Assembly: GCA_947623225.1 (NCBI GenBank)
Contig: CANQGO010000003.1
Coordinates: 15,349-79,348 of the forward strand
Origin: an uncultured Clostridia bacterium
GTDB lineage: Bacteria > Bacillota > Clostridia > Christensenellales > CAG-314
Direction of reading: 5' to 3'
Length of the DNA stretch: 64,000 nt
This document shows, piece after piece, positions 43,148 to 55,063 of this stretch. Position numbers and translations under genes: made by a program. The notes below the pieces were generated by a model. That model made no database searches and had not been told where the DNA came from. It saw nothing but the letters and a program-made list of their open reading frames with translations. The first letter of the stretch is position 1. Every line of letters begins with the position of its first letter.

Positions 43148-44359
43148 TCAGGAAATGATCTTGGAAACAACGCCGCTGCCTACCGTGTGGCCGCCTTCGC
43201 GGATAGCGAAGCGAAGACCTTCTTCCATAGCGATGGGGGTGATGAGGTCTACCTTGATATGGGTGTGGTCACCGGGCATTACCATCTCCACGCCGGGGTC
43301 AAGTTCGATAGAACCTGTAACGTCCGTCGTACGGAAATAGAACTGAGGACGATATCCCTTGAAGAAGGGGCTGTGACGTCCGCCTTCCTCCTTGGTCAGG
43401 ACGTATACTTGTCCTTCGAATACCATGTGGGGAGTAACGCTCTTGGGTTTGGCAATGACTTGTCCGCGTTCAACTTCTTTACGATCGATACCGCGCAGAA
43501 GCAGACCTACGTTGTCGCCTGCATAGGCAACGTCGAGCAGCTTACGGAACATCTCCACGCCTGTGACGACGGAAGACTTGATCTCGTCTTTGAGACCGAC
43601 GATCTCAACGGGGTCGGAGGGTTTGACGCTACCGCGCTCTACTCTGCCCGTAGCGACCGTGCCGCGTCCGGTGATGGTGAAGACGTCTTCAACAGGCATC
43701 AGGAAGGGCTTATCGGTATCACGTGTGGGAGTGGGGATATAGTTGTCTACAGCGTCCATCAAGTCAAGTATGGGCTTGTATACGGGATCGCTGAGATTGG
43801 TGTTGCCGGCAAGAGCAGCGTCCATAGCGACCTTTGCGGAGCCGCGGATGACGGGGATCTCGTCGCCGGGGAATTCGTACTTGGTAAGGAGTTCTCTGAC
43901 TTCCATCTCTACCAACTCGAGAAGTTCTTCGTCGTCAACAAGGTCTGTCTTGTTGAGGAAGACTACGATATAGGGCACACCGACCTGACGAGCAAGCAGG
44001 ATGTGTTCGCGAGTCTGCGGCATCGGGCCGTCGGAAGCAGCAACTACGAGGATAGCACCGTCCATCTGAGCGGCACCGGTGATCATGTTCTTGACGTAGT
44101 CAGCGTGACCGGGGCAGTCAACGTGAGCGTAGTGACGCTTGTCTGTCTGATACTCTACGTGAGCGGTGTTGATCGTTATACCGCGCGCTTTTTCCTCGGG
44201 GGCCTTGTCGATTTCATCATATTTCATGATCTCAGCCTTGCCCTGCATAGCCATAACCATTGTGATGGCAGCGGTCAAGGTGGTTTTGCCGTGGTCTACG
44301 TGACCGATCGTACCAATGTTGACGTGCGGTTTGCTTCTGTCAAATTTAGCTTTTGCCAT
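43148..44359 (-). CDS. tuf: Elongation factor Tu
   Basis: [33 protein letters not shown]..., with DCPGHADY and NKTD GTPase motifs. Confidence 0.99.
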   Translation of the reverse strand: MAKAKFDRSKPHVNIGTIGHVDHGKTTLTAAITMVMAMQGKAEIMKYDEIDKAPEEKARGITINTAHVEYQTDKRHYAHVDCPGHADYVKNMITGAAQMDGAILVVAASDGPMPQTREHILLARQVGVPYIVVFLNKTDLVDDEELLELVEMEVRELLTKYEFPGDEIPVIRGSAKVAMDAALAGNTNLSDPVYKPILDLMDAVDNYIPTPTRDTDKPFLMPVEDVFTITGRGTVATGRVERGSVKPSDPVEIVGLKDEIKSSVVTGVEMFRKLLDVAYAGDNVGLLLRGIDRKEVERGQVIAKPKSVTPHMVFEGQVYVLTKEEGGRHSPFFKGYRPQFYFRTTDVTGSIELDPGVEMVMPGDHTHIKVDLITPIAMEEGLRFAIREGGHTVGSGVVSKIIS

Positions 44360-44443
44360 TGTTGTTTTTTCCTCCTGATTTTTGATAACAAAATTTTATT
44401 TTTTTATTTCATGGTATGGCGTCGAAACTCGCCACTAAAGTTA

Positions 44444-44472
44444 ATTATACATTATTTTTTTGCTCAGGTCTA
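44444..44472 (-). promoter_or_regulatory. Candidate internal promoter in front of tuf
   Basis: Minus strand reads TAGACC (44472-44467), 17 nt, TATAAT (44449-44444). The -35 is weak. Confidence 0.35.
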
Positions 44473-44518
44473 TACTTTTCTGAAGTTTTTTTATAAAGTT
44501 TTTGACCCGAGGTCGCTT

Positions 44519-46612
44519 TTACGGGTTATTTTTCGTCAATTTGTCCCTTACAGACTTGGGAACCTCGGCAAAATGGTCGAATTGCATAGTGTAGTTGCCT
44601 CTGCCCTGCGTGCGGCTGCGCAGATCCGTAGCATAGCCGAACATCTCCGCAAGGGGTATCAGCGCATTCACTACCTGTACGCCGTTGCGCAACTCGATAC
44701 CGCTTATATTGCCTCTGCGCGCGGATACATTGCCCATCACGTCGCCGAGATACTCTTCCGGCATGGTGATCTCCACCTTCATCATGGGCTCCAGCAGCAC
44801 AGGATCGGCGATGGAAGCGGCGTTTTTGAACGCAAGGCTTCCGGCGATCTTGAATGCCATCTCGGAACTGTCCACCGGGTGGAAACTGCCGTCGTACACG
44901 GTGGCTTTGAAGTCCACCACCTCATATCCCGCGAGCGGACCGGTCTTGGCTGCTTCCTGTATGCCGTTGTTCACGGGCTGGATATATTCCTTGGGAATAC
45001 TGCCGCCTACCGTAGCGTCCACGAACTCGTAGCCCTTGCCTGCCGGCTGAGGTTCCAGACGTATCTTGCAGTGACCGTACTGTCCCTTGCCGCCGCTCTG
45101 ACGGACGTATTTGCCCTCCGCCTCGACGGTCTTGCGTATGGTCTCGCGATAGCTTACCTGCGGTTGTCCTACATTCGCCTCCACGCGGAACTCTCTCAGC
45201 AATCTGTCTACGATGATCTCGAGGTGCAACTCGCCCATACCGGCGATGATGGTTTGCCCCGTCTCCTTGTCGGTGTACGTTTTGAACGTGGGGTCTTCCT
45301 CCGCCAACTTGACGAGAGCGAGGGTCATCTTCTCCTGTCCCGCTTTGGTCTTGGGCTCTATAGCCACCTTGATGACCGGCTCGGGGAATACCATGCTGTC
45401 CAGTACCAGCGGATGCTTCTCTTCACAGAGAGTGTCGCCCGTCGTGGTCTCTTTCAATCCGACCAGCGCGACGATCTCTCCCGCGTAGGTCTCGTTTATC
45501 TCCTGACGCTCGGACGCATGCATCTGCAACACCTTGGTCACGCGCTCACGCTTGCCCTTGGTGGAGTTGTAGATATAGCTGCCCGCCTGCAACGTGCCGC
45601 TGTATACACGGCAGTATGCAAGTTTTCCGACGAAGGGGTCTGCGACGATCTTGAACGCCAGTCCGCAAAACGGCTCGTCATCATCCGTCTTGCGCACTAT
45701 CTTCTTTTCCTCGTCATGTACGTCGAATCCTACTACGTGGTCCACGTCTACGGGGCTGGGCAGATAGTCGCACACAGCGTCCAGCAACTTCTGGATACCC
45801 TTGTTCTTGTAGGCGGAGCCGCACAGCACTGGATTGACCTGCAAGTTGATGACTGCATTGCGCAGCCCTTGCTTGATCTCATCTATGCTGAGGTCGCCCT
45901 CTGCAAAGAACTTCTCCATCAGCGCGTCGTCCGTGCCTGCCACGAACTCTACGAGTTCCGCACGTGCCTTTTCCACCTCCGCCACCATATCGGCGGGGAC
46001 GTCCGTCTCATCTATCTGCATTCCCTGCGGGTCATTGTAGATATAGGCGCGACGGGTTATGATATCCACCACTCCTCTGAATGTCTCTTCCTTGCCTATG
46101 GGCAACTGTATGGGCATCGCGTTGGACTTGAGCCGAGTGCGCATCATCTCTACCACATTGTAGAAGTTGGCACCGTTGATGTCCATCTTGTTGACAAAGG
46201 CGATACGCGGGACGTTGTACTTGCTGGCTTGGTGCCATACCGTCTCGCTCTGAGGTTCTACTCCGCCCTTAGCGCAAAATACCGCCACCGCACCGTCCAG
46301 TACGCGTAGCGAACGCTCCACCTCCACAGTGAAGTCCACGTGTCCGGGAGTGTCGATGAGGTTGATACGATAGTCGACGCCGTTGTAGTGATTGAGCCAA
46401 TGCACCGTAGTAGCAGCGGAGGCGATGGTGATGCCTCTCTCCTGCTCCTGCGCCATACTGTCCATCACGGCAGTGCCTTCGTGCACCTCACCCATCTTGC
46501 GGGTCTTGCCGCTGAAGAACAAAATTCTTTCGCTTGTAGTGGTCTTGCCTGCGTCTATGTGCGCCATGATACCTATATTGCGCACATTCTGCAAGGGATA
46601 TATTCTTGCCAT
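44519..46612 (-). CDS. fusA: Elongation factor G
   Basis: 697 aa. [29 protein letters not shown] and NKMD motifs are present, and the gene is in its str-operon position. Confidence 0.99.
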   Translation of the reverse strand: MARIYPLQNVRNIGIMAHIDAGKTTTSERILFFSGKTRKMGEVHEGTAVMDSMAQEQERGITIASAATTVHWLNHYNGVDYRINLIDTPGHVDFTVEVERSLRVLDGAVAVFCAKGGVEPQSETVWHQASKYNVPRIAFVNKMDINGANFYNVVEMMRTRLKSNAMPIQLPIGKEETFRGVVDIITRRAYIYNDPQGMQIDETDVPADMVAEVEKARAELVEFVAGTDDALMEKFFAEGDLSIDEIKQGLRNAVINLQVNPVLCGSAYKNKGIQKLLDAVCDYLPSPVDVDHVVGFDVHDEEKKIVRKTDDDEPFCGLAFKIVADPFVGKLAYCRVYSGTLQAGSYIYNSTKGKRERVTKVLQMHASERQEINETYAGEIVALVGLKETTTGDTLCEEKHPLVLDSMVFPEPVIKVAIEPKTKAGQEKMTLALVKLAEEDPTFKTYTDKETGQTIIAGMGELHLEIIVDRLLREFRVEANVGQPQVSYRETIRKTVEAEGKYVRQSGGKGQYGHCKIRLEPQPAGKGYEFVDATVGGSIPKEYIQPVNNGIQEAAKTGPLAGYEVVDFKATVYDGSFHPVDSSEMAFKIAGSLAFKNAASIADPVLLEPMMKVEITMPEEYLGDVMGNVSARRGNISGIELRNGVQVVNALIPLAEMFGYATDLRSRTQGRGNYTMQFDHFAEVPKSVRDKLTKNNP

Positions 46613-46634
46613 TGATTTACCTACTTATTTTAGT

Positions 46635-47105
46635 TTACCATCTGAAATGCGCAAACGCCTTGTTTGCTTCCGCCGAACGGTGCATTTCTTCCTTTCTCTT
46701 GAAAGCGTTACCTTGCTCGTTGTAAGCGTCCATCAGCTCACCCGCCAAGCGTTGGTACATATTTCTCTCACTGCGCTTGCGAGCGAACATAACCAGCCAG
46801 CGGATAGCCAGCGTCTGACGTCTCTCGGGGCGGACTTCCATAGGTACTTGATAGTTGGCACCGCCTACACGTCTCGCTTTGCACTCCAACAGAGGCATGA
46901 GGTTATTGATTGCTTTGGTGAACACTTCCATAGGGTCCTGTCCCGTCTTCTTTTGTATCTCGTCAAAAGCACCGTAGACTATCTCCTGAGCGGTTCCCTT
47001 CTTGCCGTCCTGCATCACTTGGTTGATGACCTTGGTCACTACCTTGCTGCCATACACGGGATCGGGTAATACGTCCCTCTTGGGGACACCACTTCTTCTG
47101 GGCAT
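46635..47105 (-). CDS. rpsG: 30S ribosomal protein S7
   Basis: I start at ATG 47105 ([25 protein letters not shown]...). The track ORF extension to 47180 has no support. Confidence 0.97.
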   Translation of the reverse strand: MPRRSGVPKRDVLPDPVYGSKVVTKVINQVMQDGKKGTAQEIVYGAFDEIQKKTGQDPMEVFTKAINNLMPLLECKARRVGGANYQVPMEVRPERRQTLAIRWLVMFARKRSERNMYQRLAGELMDAYNEQGNAFKRKEEMHRSAEANKAFAHFRW

Positions 47106-47300
47106 GTGTGTGTTTCCTCCTTTTTCGTTGTTTTTGAAATGTTGTTTGTTTTTACCAAATACAGCCAACTCGACGCACACCGTGTGCGGAGAAACTTCTG
47201 TCTTACAGCGGACACGCCGCCGACATACTGCTTACTCGGCGAAAAGTCGCAATTTCAAAAACCTCGACATTTCACCAATTGAACTGCTTGGTGTCCCTGC

Positions 47301-47684
47301 CTACTTCTTGCCGGCCTTGGGACGTTTGGCACCGTACTTGCTGCGGGCTTGTTTACGATTTGCTACACCGGCTGTATCCAGCGTACCGCGAATGATATGG
47401 TAACGGATACCGGGCAAATCACGCACTCTTCCGCCGCGGATCAGTACTACACTGTGCTCTTGAAGGTTGTGACCTTCGCCGGGGATGTAGCATGTGCCTT
47501 CTTCGCCGTTGGTACGGCGTACACGTGCGATCTTCCGAAGAGCGGAGTTGGGCTTCTTGGGTGAAGTAGTAGTCACGTTCAGGCATACACCACGCTTCTG
47601 CGGACAACTGTCCAGCAACGGTGCCTTGCTCTTCTCCGCTTCACTTCTGCGGCCCTGTCTGATCAATTGGTTGATTGTTGCCAT
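47301..47684 (-). CDS. rpsL: 30S ribosomal protein S12
   Basis: [12 protein letters not shown]...[13 protein letters not shown]...[19 protein letters not shown] chose the second ATG (47684) because AAGGAGG lies 7 nt upstream of it. Confidence 0.97.
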   Translation of the reverse strand: MATINQLIRQGRRSEAEKSKAPLLDSCPQKRGVCLNVTTTSPKKPNSALRKIARVRRTNGEEGTCYIPGEGHNLQEHSVVLIRGGRVRDLPGIRYHIIRGTLDTAGVANRKQARSKYGAKRPKAGKK

Positions 47685-47801
47685 CTGCATACCTCCTTAT
47701 GATAATAATGTCGAGTCTTGAGAAAACTCTATACAAAGCGGGCTGCCCCGCAATTGTAACGCTGTGTCGGGTCTGCGACCCCCGATGATAGTATTGCCTC
47801 T

Positions 47802-48041
47802 CTACGCCTTCAGTACACCTACCGCTCCACTCGGCACCTCTATGCCGTAGCGCGCGGATATCTCGTGCATGGCGGATCCGATACGGTAACTCACCCCGTG
47901 CTCCTTCGCCGCCTCTATCATCTCCGTGATATACCCGATCTCCGCATCCGCAGCGATATGTATCTCCGCGATATTGCCGTTTTTCAACTCGCGCAGTATC
48001 TGCCGCTTGCCTATGACCACCTTGTGCGTATCATTAGCCAT
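47802..48041 (-). CDS. rplGB: L7Ae/L30e-family ribosome-associated protein (B. subtilis YbxF/RplGB-like)
   Basis: 79 aa. VVIGKRQILRELKNGNIAEIHIAADAE...EHGVSY fits the L7Ae fold family. It lies directly upstream of rpsL, as ybxF does in Bacillus. Confidence 0.8.
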   Translation of the reverse strand: MANDTHKVVIGKRQILRELKNGNIAEIHIAADAEIGYITEMIEAAKEHGVSYRIGSAMHEISARYGIEVPSGAVGVLKA

Positions 48042-48056
48042 ATTTCACCAACGTAC

Positions 48057-48085
48057 ATTCTATCAAAATAACGCAAAGCAGTCAA
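48057..48085 (-). promoter_or_regulatory. Sigma-A promoter (extended -10) for the L7Ae-rpsL-rpsG-fusA(-tuf) unit
   Basis: Minus strand reads TTGACT (48085-48080), 17 nt ending TGA, TAGAAT (48062-48057). The -35 lies inside the 3' arm of the preceding terminator. Confidence 0.55.
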
Positions 48086-48108
48086 GCGATTTTGCACCGC
48101 TTGACTGC
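48064..48108 (-). terminator. Rho-independent terminator after the LRR lipoprotein gene
   Basis: Minus strand reads GCAGTCAAGCG, a 9-nt loop, CGCTTGACTGC (an 11-bp stem, 48108-48078), then TTTGCGTTATTTTG. Confidence 0.7.
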
Positions 48109-48151
48109 CAACTTTGTACTATTGCCCTATAATGGCTTGTCTCTCGCCCTC

Positions 48152-51055
48152 TCAGTCCTTGTTTTTGCAATCCCACACCACGGGACAATCATTGTCATTC
48201 CAGTACTCACTCCATCCGGAAGGCTGAGTCTCCGCTTCGCAGTAGATGGTCAAGTTGCTGCAACCTATGAAAACACTATATTCTATGTTTGTGACGCTGT
48301 TCGGTATGGTTATGGAAGTCAAGCTACTGCAATCTTCAAAAACATACTCGCCTATGTTTTGCAATTGACTTGTGTTCTCAAATGTCACCGTTTTCAGGCT
48401 AATGCAACGGGAGAAAGCGTGCGAACATATGCTTTGCAATCGACTTTCCCCCTCAAATGTCACCGTTTTCAGGTTAATGCAACGGGAGAAAGCGTACGAG
48501 TCTATGCTTGTAACGCTACTCGGGATGGTGACTGAAGTCAAGTCGCTACGCCCGTAGAAAGCATTCTCTCCTATGATTGTGACAGGATAGTTGTTTTCTT
48601 TGTATTCGACGCTTTGAGAAATTGTAACGTCACCGCCGTAATTGCACCCTACAACAGTTGCGTTCCCGTCTTTCAACGCATACTTGATACCGTCGACAAA
48701 TATATACACATATCCGTCCTCGGCAATGTCGTTGGATTTGCAATCCCACACCACGGGACAGTTGTAGTCATTCCAGTTTTCGTTCCATCCGGAAGGCTGA
48801 CTTGTCGCTTCGCTGTAGATAGTCAATTGTTGGCAGTTGTAGAAAGCGAATTCGTTTATGTATGTGACACCGATAGGAATGGTGAAGGAGGTCAGATTGT
48901 AGCAGAAAGCGAAAGCATACTCAGCTATGCTCTGCAATTGACTTTCACCCTCGAATGTCACAGCAAGCAAGTTAATGCAGGAGTGGAAAGCATACCCGCC
49001 TATGCTTTGCAATTGACTTTCGCCCTCAAATGTCACAGTCTGCAAGTTCCTGCAACTGTAGAAAGCCCTCTCGCCTATGCTTGTGACGGGATAGTTGTTT
49101 TCTTTGTATTCGACGCTTTGCGGAATAGTGACGTCGCCGCTGTAATCGTACTTGACGACAGTTGCGTTTCCGTTCTTCAACGCATACCTGATACCGTTGA
49201 CAACTATATACACATATCCGTCCTCGGCAACTTCATTGTGCTTACAATCCCACACCACAGGACAGTCTCCATTCCAACCGTCAGGCCATTCCGAAGGCCG
49301 GCTCGTCGCTTCGCAGTAGATCGTCATGTATCCGCAATCGCGGAAGGCCTCATCGCTCATTTCCACGACGCCGCTCGGGATAGTGACAGAAGGCAAATTG
49401 CCGCAACCTTCGAAAGACCTCCCTCCTATGGCTGTGACGTTGCTCGGAATGACGATGGAAGTCAAACTGACGCACTCGTAGAAAAGACACGCGCTTATGA
49501 ATTTCAACCGGCTTCCCTCCTCAAACGTCACCGTTTGCAAGCTACTGCACCCGGAGAAAACGTACGAGCCTATATAAGTGACGTTGCTCGGTATGGTGAT
49601 GGCAGTCAAACTACTGCACCCGGAGAAAACCCTATTGTCTATGTATTGCAGACCGCTCGGAAGTGTTATGGAAGTCAGCTTGCCACAACCGGAGAAAACA
49701 CTCTCGTCTATTTGCCGCAACTGACTTTCTGCCTCAAATGCCACCGTTTGCAAGTTGCTGCAACCGAAGAAAGCATACTCGACTATGTATTCGACGCTGC
49801 TCGGGATGACGATGGAAGCCAAATCGCTACAGCCGTCAAAAACATGCGCTTCTATTTTTTCCAACTGACTTTTTCCTTCAAATGTCACCGTCTGCAAGCT
49901 ACTACAGCCGGAAAAAGTATCTGACCTCACCTCTGTGACGCTACTCGGGATGGTGATGGACGTCAGCTTGCTACAACCGGAGAAAACATACGAACCTATG
50001 TATGTAACGCTGCCCGGGATGATGATGGAAGTCAAATTACTGCAACCGAAGAAAGCATAGTTCTCTATGTCTCTGAGCCCGTTCGGAAGTATTATGGAAG
50101 TCAGATCGTTGCAGTTGTAGAACGCATGAGCATTTACAGTTGCGTTGGCTGTGAGCACGACGGACTTGAGCGTGGAGGGAACGTATGTAGAGTGCTCCTC
50201 GTAAGATGACGCGCCGAATATATATCCGAAACTCTCTATACCGTATAGATGTCCGCCTACGAAGGGCAAAGTCACAGACTGCAACTTGTCACATTTACGC
50301 AATGCGCCCAGGCTTATCGCGGTGACGCAGTCGGGCACGACCATATCCGTCACGGTAGGATCCACTACGCCCGTTATCTCGCAAGTCGTGGGCGTGGAAG
50401 TGAAAAGAAAATTCCCCATCTCTTCCGCCATACCGAACCTTGCCGTATATGTCTTATCCTGCTCGGACACGGTGAGTGTGTACTGCAACTCCTGCGAGAC
50501 CTGCTCGTCATCCAGGTACCAACCCTCGAAGTTGTAGCCGAGATTTGGCGTCGCTGTGATCGTGGCTGTTTCGCCGAGAACATAGACTCCTCCGCCCTCG
50601 ACATTGCCCGCATTGTCATCATTCGCACGAACCGTCAACTTGCTCTCGACCTGCCGAGTCCACAGAGCGTAGAGCGTAACATTCTGCGTGACTGTATCCG
50701 AGTCGAAATCCCACAGATCGGATCCGTTTCTGGTCTTGCTCCAGCCGGCGAAGTCGTAGCGTGCACGCGCAGGAGAATCGGGTGCGGTGAGTTTCGCACC
50801 GCCGGAAACGTTCTCTCCTTGCAACTCGGTATCGTCGGCAAACTTGCCGCCATTGGCATCATATATGACTTTGTAGACATTCGTCGGATCATCATTTGGT
50901 TTACTGCCCGAGCCGGAACCCGTACCAGAACCACTACCGGAGCCCGAATTACCGTTGCCGGAACCGAAAATTCCGTTGCATGCGGCGAGTGTACACACCA
51001 CCGTCACAAGCAACACAGCCAATACCGCCAACATGATCTTGCGATACTTATTCAT
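48152..51055 (-). CDS. Surface lipoprotein (967 aa): Gly/Ser linker, two Flg_new modules, three BspA-type LRR blocks
   Basis: I start at ATG 51055 (GGAGGG 6 nt upstream). The track start, TTG 51085, is less likely. Signal with lipobox MNKYRKIMLAVLAVLLVTVVCTLAAC, then GSGNGNSGSGSGSGTGSGSGS. Flg_new pattern: YKVIYDANGG...FAGWSK...VTLYALW. LRR units are of the type VTYIGSYVFSGCSKLTSITIPSSV. Each of the three blocks ends with IYCEA..PS.W...WN..CPVVWDCK. Confidence 0.88.
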   Translation of the reverse strand: MNKYRKIMLAVLAVLLVTVVCTLAACNGIFGSGNGNSGSGSGSGTGSGSGSKPNDDPTNVYKVIYDANGGKFADDTELQGENVSGGAKLTAPDSPARARYDFAGWSKTRNGSDLWDFDSDTVTQNVTLYALWTRQVESKLTVRANDDNAGNVEGGGVYVLGETATITATPNLGYNFEGWYLDDEQVSQELQYTLTVSEQDKTYTARFGMAEEMGNFLFTSTPTTCEITGVVDPTVTDMVVPDCVTAISLGALRKCDKLQSVTLPFVGGHLYGIESFGYIFGASSYEEHSTYVPSTLKSVVLTANATVNAHAFYNCNDLTSIILPNGLRDIENYAFFGCSNLTSIIIPGSVTYIGSYVFSGCSKLTSITIPSSVTEVRSDTFSGCSSLQTVTFEGKSQLEKIEAHVFDGCSDLASIVIPSSVEYIVEYAFFGCSNLQTVAFEAESQLRQIDESVFSGCGKLTSITLPSGLQYIDNRVFSGCSSLTAITIPSNVTYIGSYVFSGCSSLQTVTFEEGSRLKFISACLFYECVSLTSIVIPSNVTAIGGRSFEGCGNLPSVTIPSGVVEMSDEAFRDCGYMTIYCEATSRPSEWPDGWNGDCPVVWDCKHNEVAEDGYVYIVVNGIRYALKNGNATVVKYDYSGDVTIPQSVEYKENNYPVTSIGERAFYSCRNLQTVTFEGESQLQSIGGYAFHSCINLLAVTFEGESQLQSIAEYAFAFCYNLTSFTIPIGVTYINEFAFYNCQQLTIYSEATSQPSGWNENWNDYNCPVVWDCKSNDIAEDGYVYIFVDGIKYALKDGNATVVGCNYGGDVTISQSVEYKENNYPVTIIGENAFYGRSDLTSVTIPSSVTSIDSYAFSRCINLKTVTFEGESRLQSICSHAFSRCISLKTVTFENTSQLQNIGEYVFEDCSSLTSITIPNSVTNIEYSVFIGCSNLTIYCEAETQPSGWSEYWNDNDCPVVWDCKNKD
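48155..50413 (-). repeat. BspA-type LRR array with internal segmental duplications
   Basis: Units repeat every ~23-25 aa. At DNA level, 48579-48826 and 49083-49330 are clearly homologous (504 nt apart), and a third partial copy sits at about 48165-48255. Near-identical 48-nt stretches recur 75 nt apart around 48378-48500. Confidence 0.75.
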
Positions 51056-51195
51056 AATGTCCCTCCATAGAGTTGTTTTGGACAACGAAGTGTCCCGACT
51101 ACCTTTGCAACACCTGTAGAATATGCGCCTCGATAGTTACCACATGCAAAAGTATATGACATGGCGTCTTTAACTCGTAATGCTGTGTTAGTTTA

Positions 51196-51224
51196 ATTGT
51201 ACAACAGTAAGGCAAACTTGTCAA
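51196..51224 (-). promoter_or_regulatory. Sigma-A promoter for the LRR lipoprotein gene
   Basis: Minus strand reads TTGACA (51224-51219), 17 nt, TACAAT (51201-51196). This implies a leader of about 135 nt. Confidence 0.6.
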
Positions 51225-51250
51225 AGGGTGAGGGAAAATGTGTATATAAC

Positions 51251-51278
51251 GAGAGGCGTCGAATGATCGACGCCTCTC
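51251..51278 (-). terminator. Perfect 12-bp hairpin just after rpoC (terminator-like; weak U tract)
   Basis: GAGAGGCGTCGA, a 4-nt loop, TCGACGCCTCTC, located 16 nt after the rpoC stop. The downstream sequence GTTATATACACATTTTCC is only moderately U-rich. Confidence 0.45.
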
Positions 51279-51293
51279 GGTGTACAGATAAAA

Positions 51294-55049
<3,756 letters not shown>

Positions 55050-55063
55050 TCTGTTTGCCCTCC

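Noticed and set aside
43139-46309. A 1056-aa plus-strand ORF spanning tuf, the tuf-fusA spacer and most of fusA.
   Set aside because: It is exactly antisense to two unmistakable, highly conserved genes. Its translation is low-complexity (rich in Arg, Leu, Val, His and Gly) with no recognisable motif. Long antisense frames are expected when highly expressed genes avoid the TTA, CTA and TCA codons. I treat it as a shadow ORF.
50899-50965. A repetitive Gly/Ser-coding stretch (GSGNGNSGSGSGSGTGSGSGS) that looks like a short tandem DNA repeat.
   Set aside because: It lies in frame inside the LRR lipoprotein, immediately after the lipobox. It is a flexible linker, not a CRISPR array, a non-coding microsatellite or a phase-variation tract, because its units are multiples of 3 nt.
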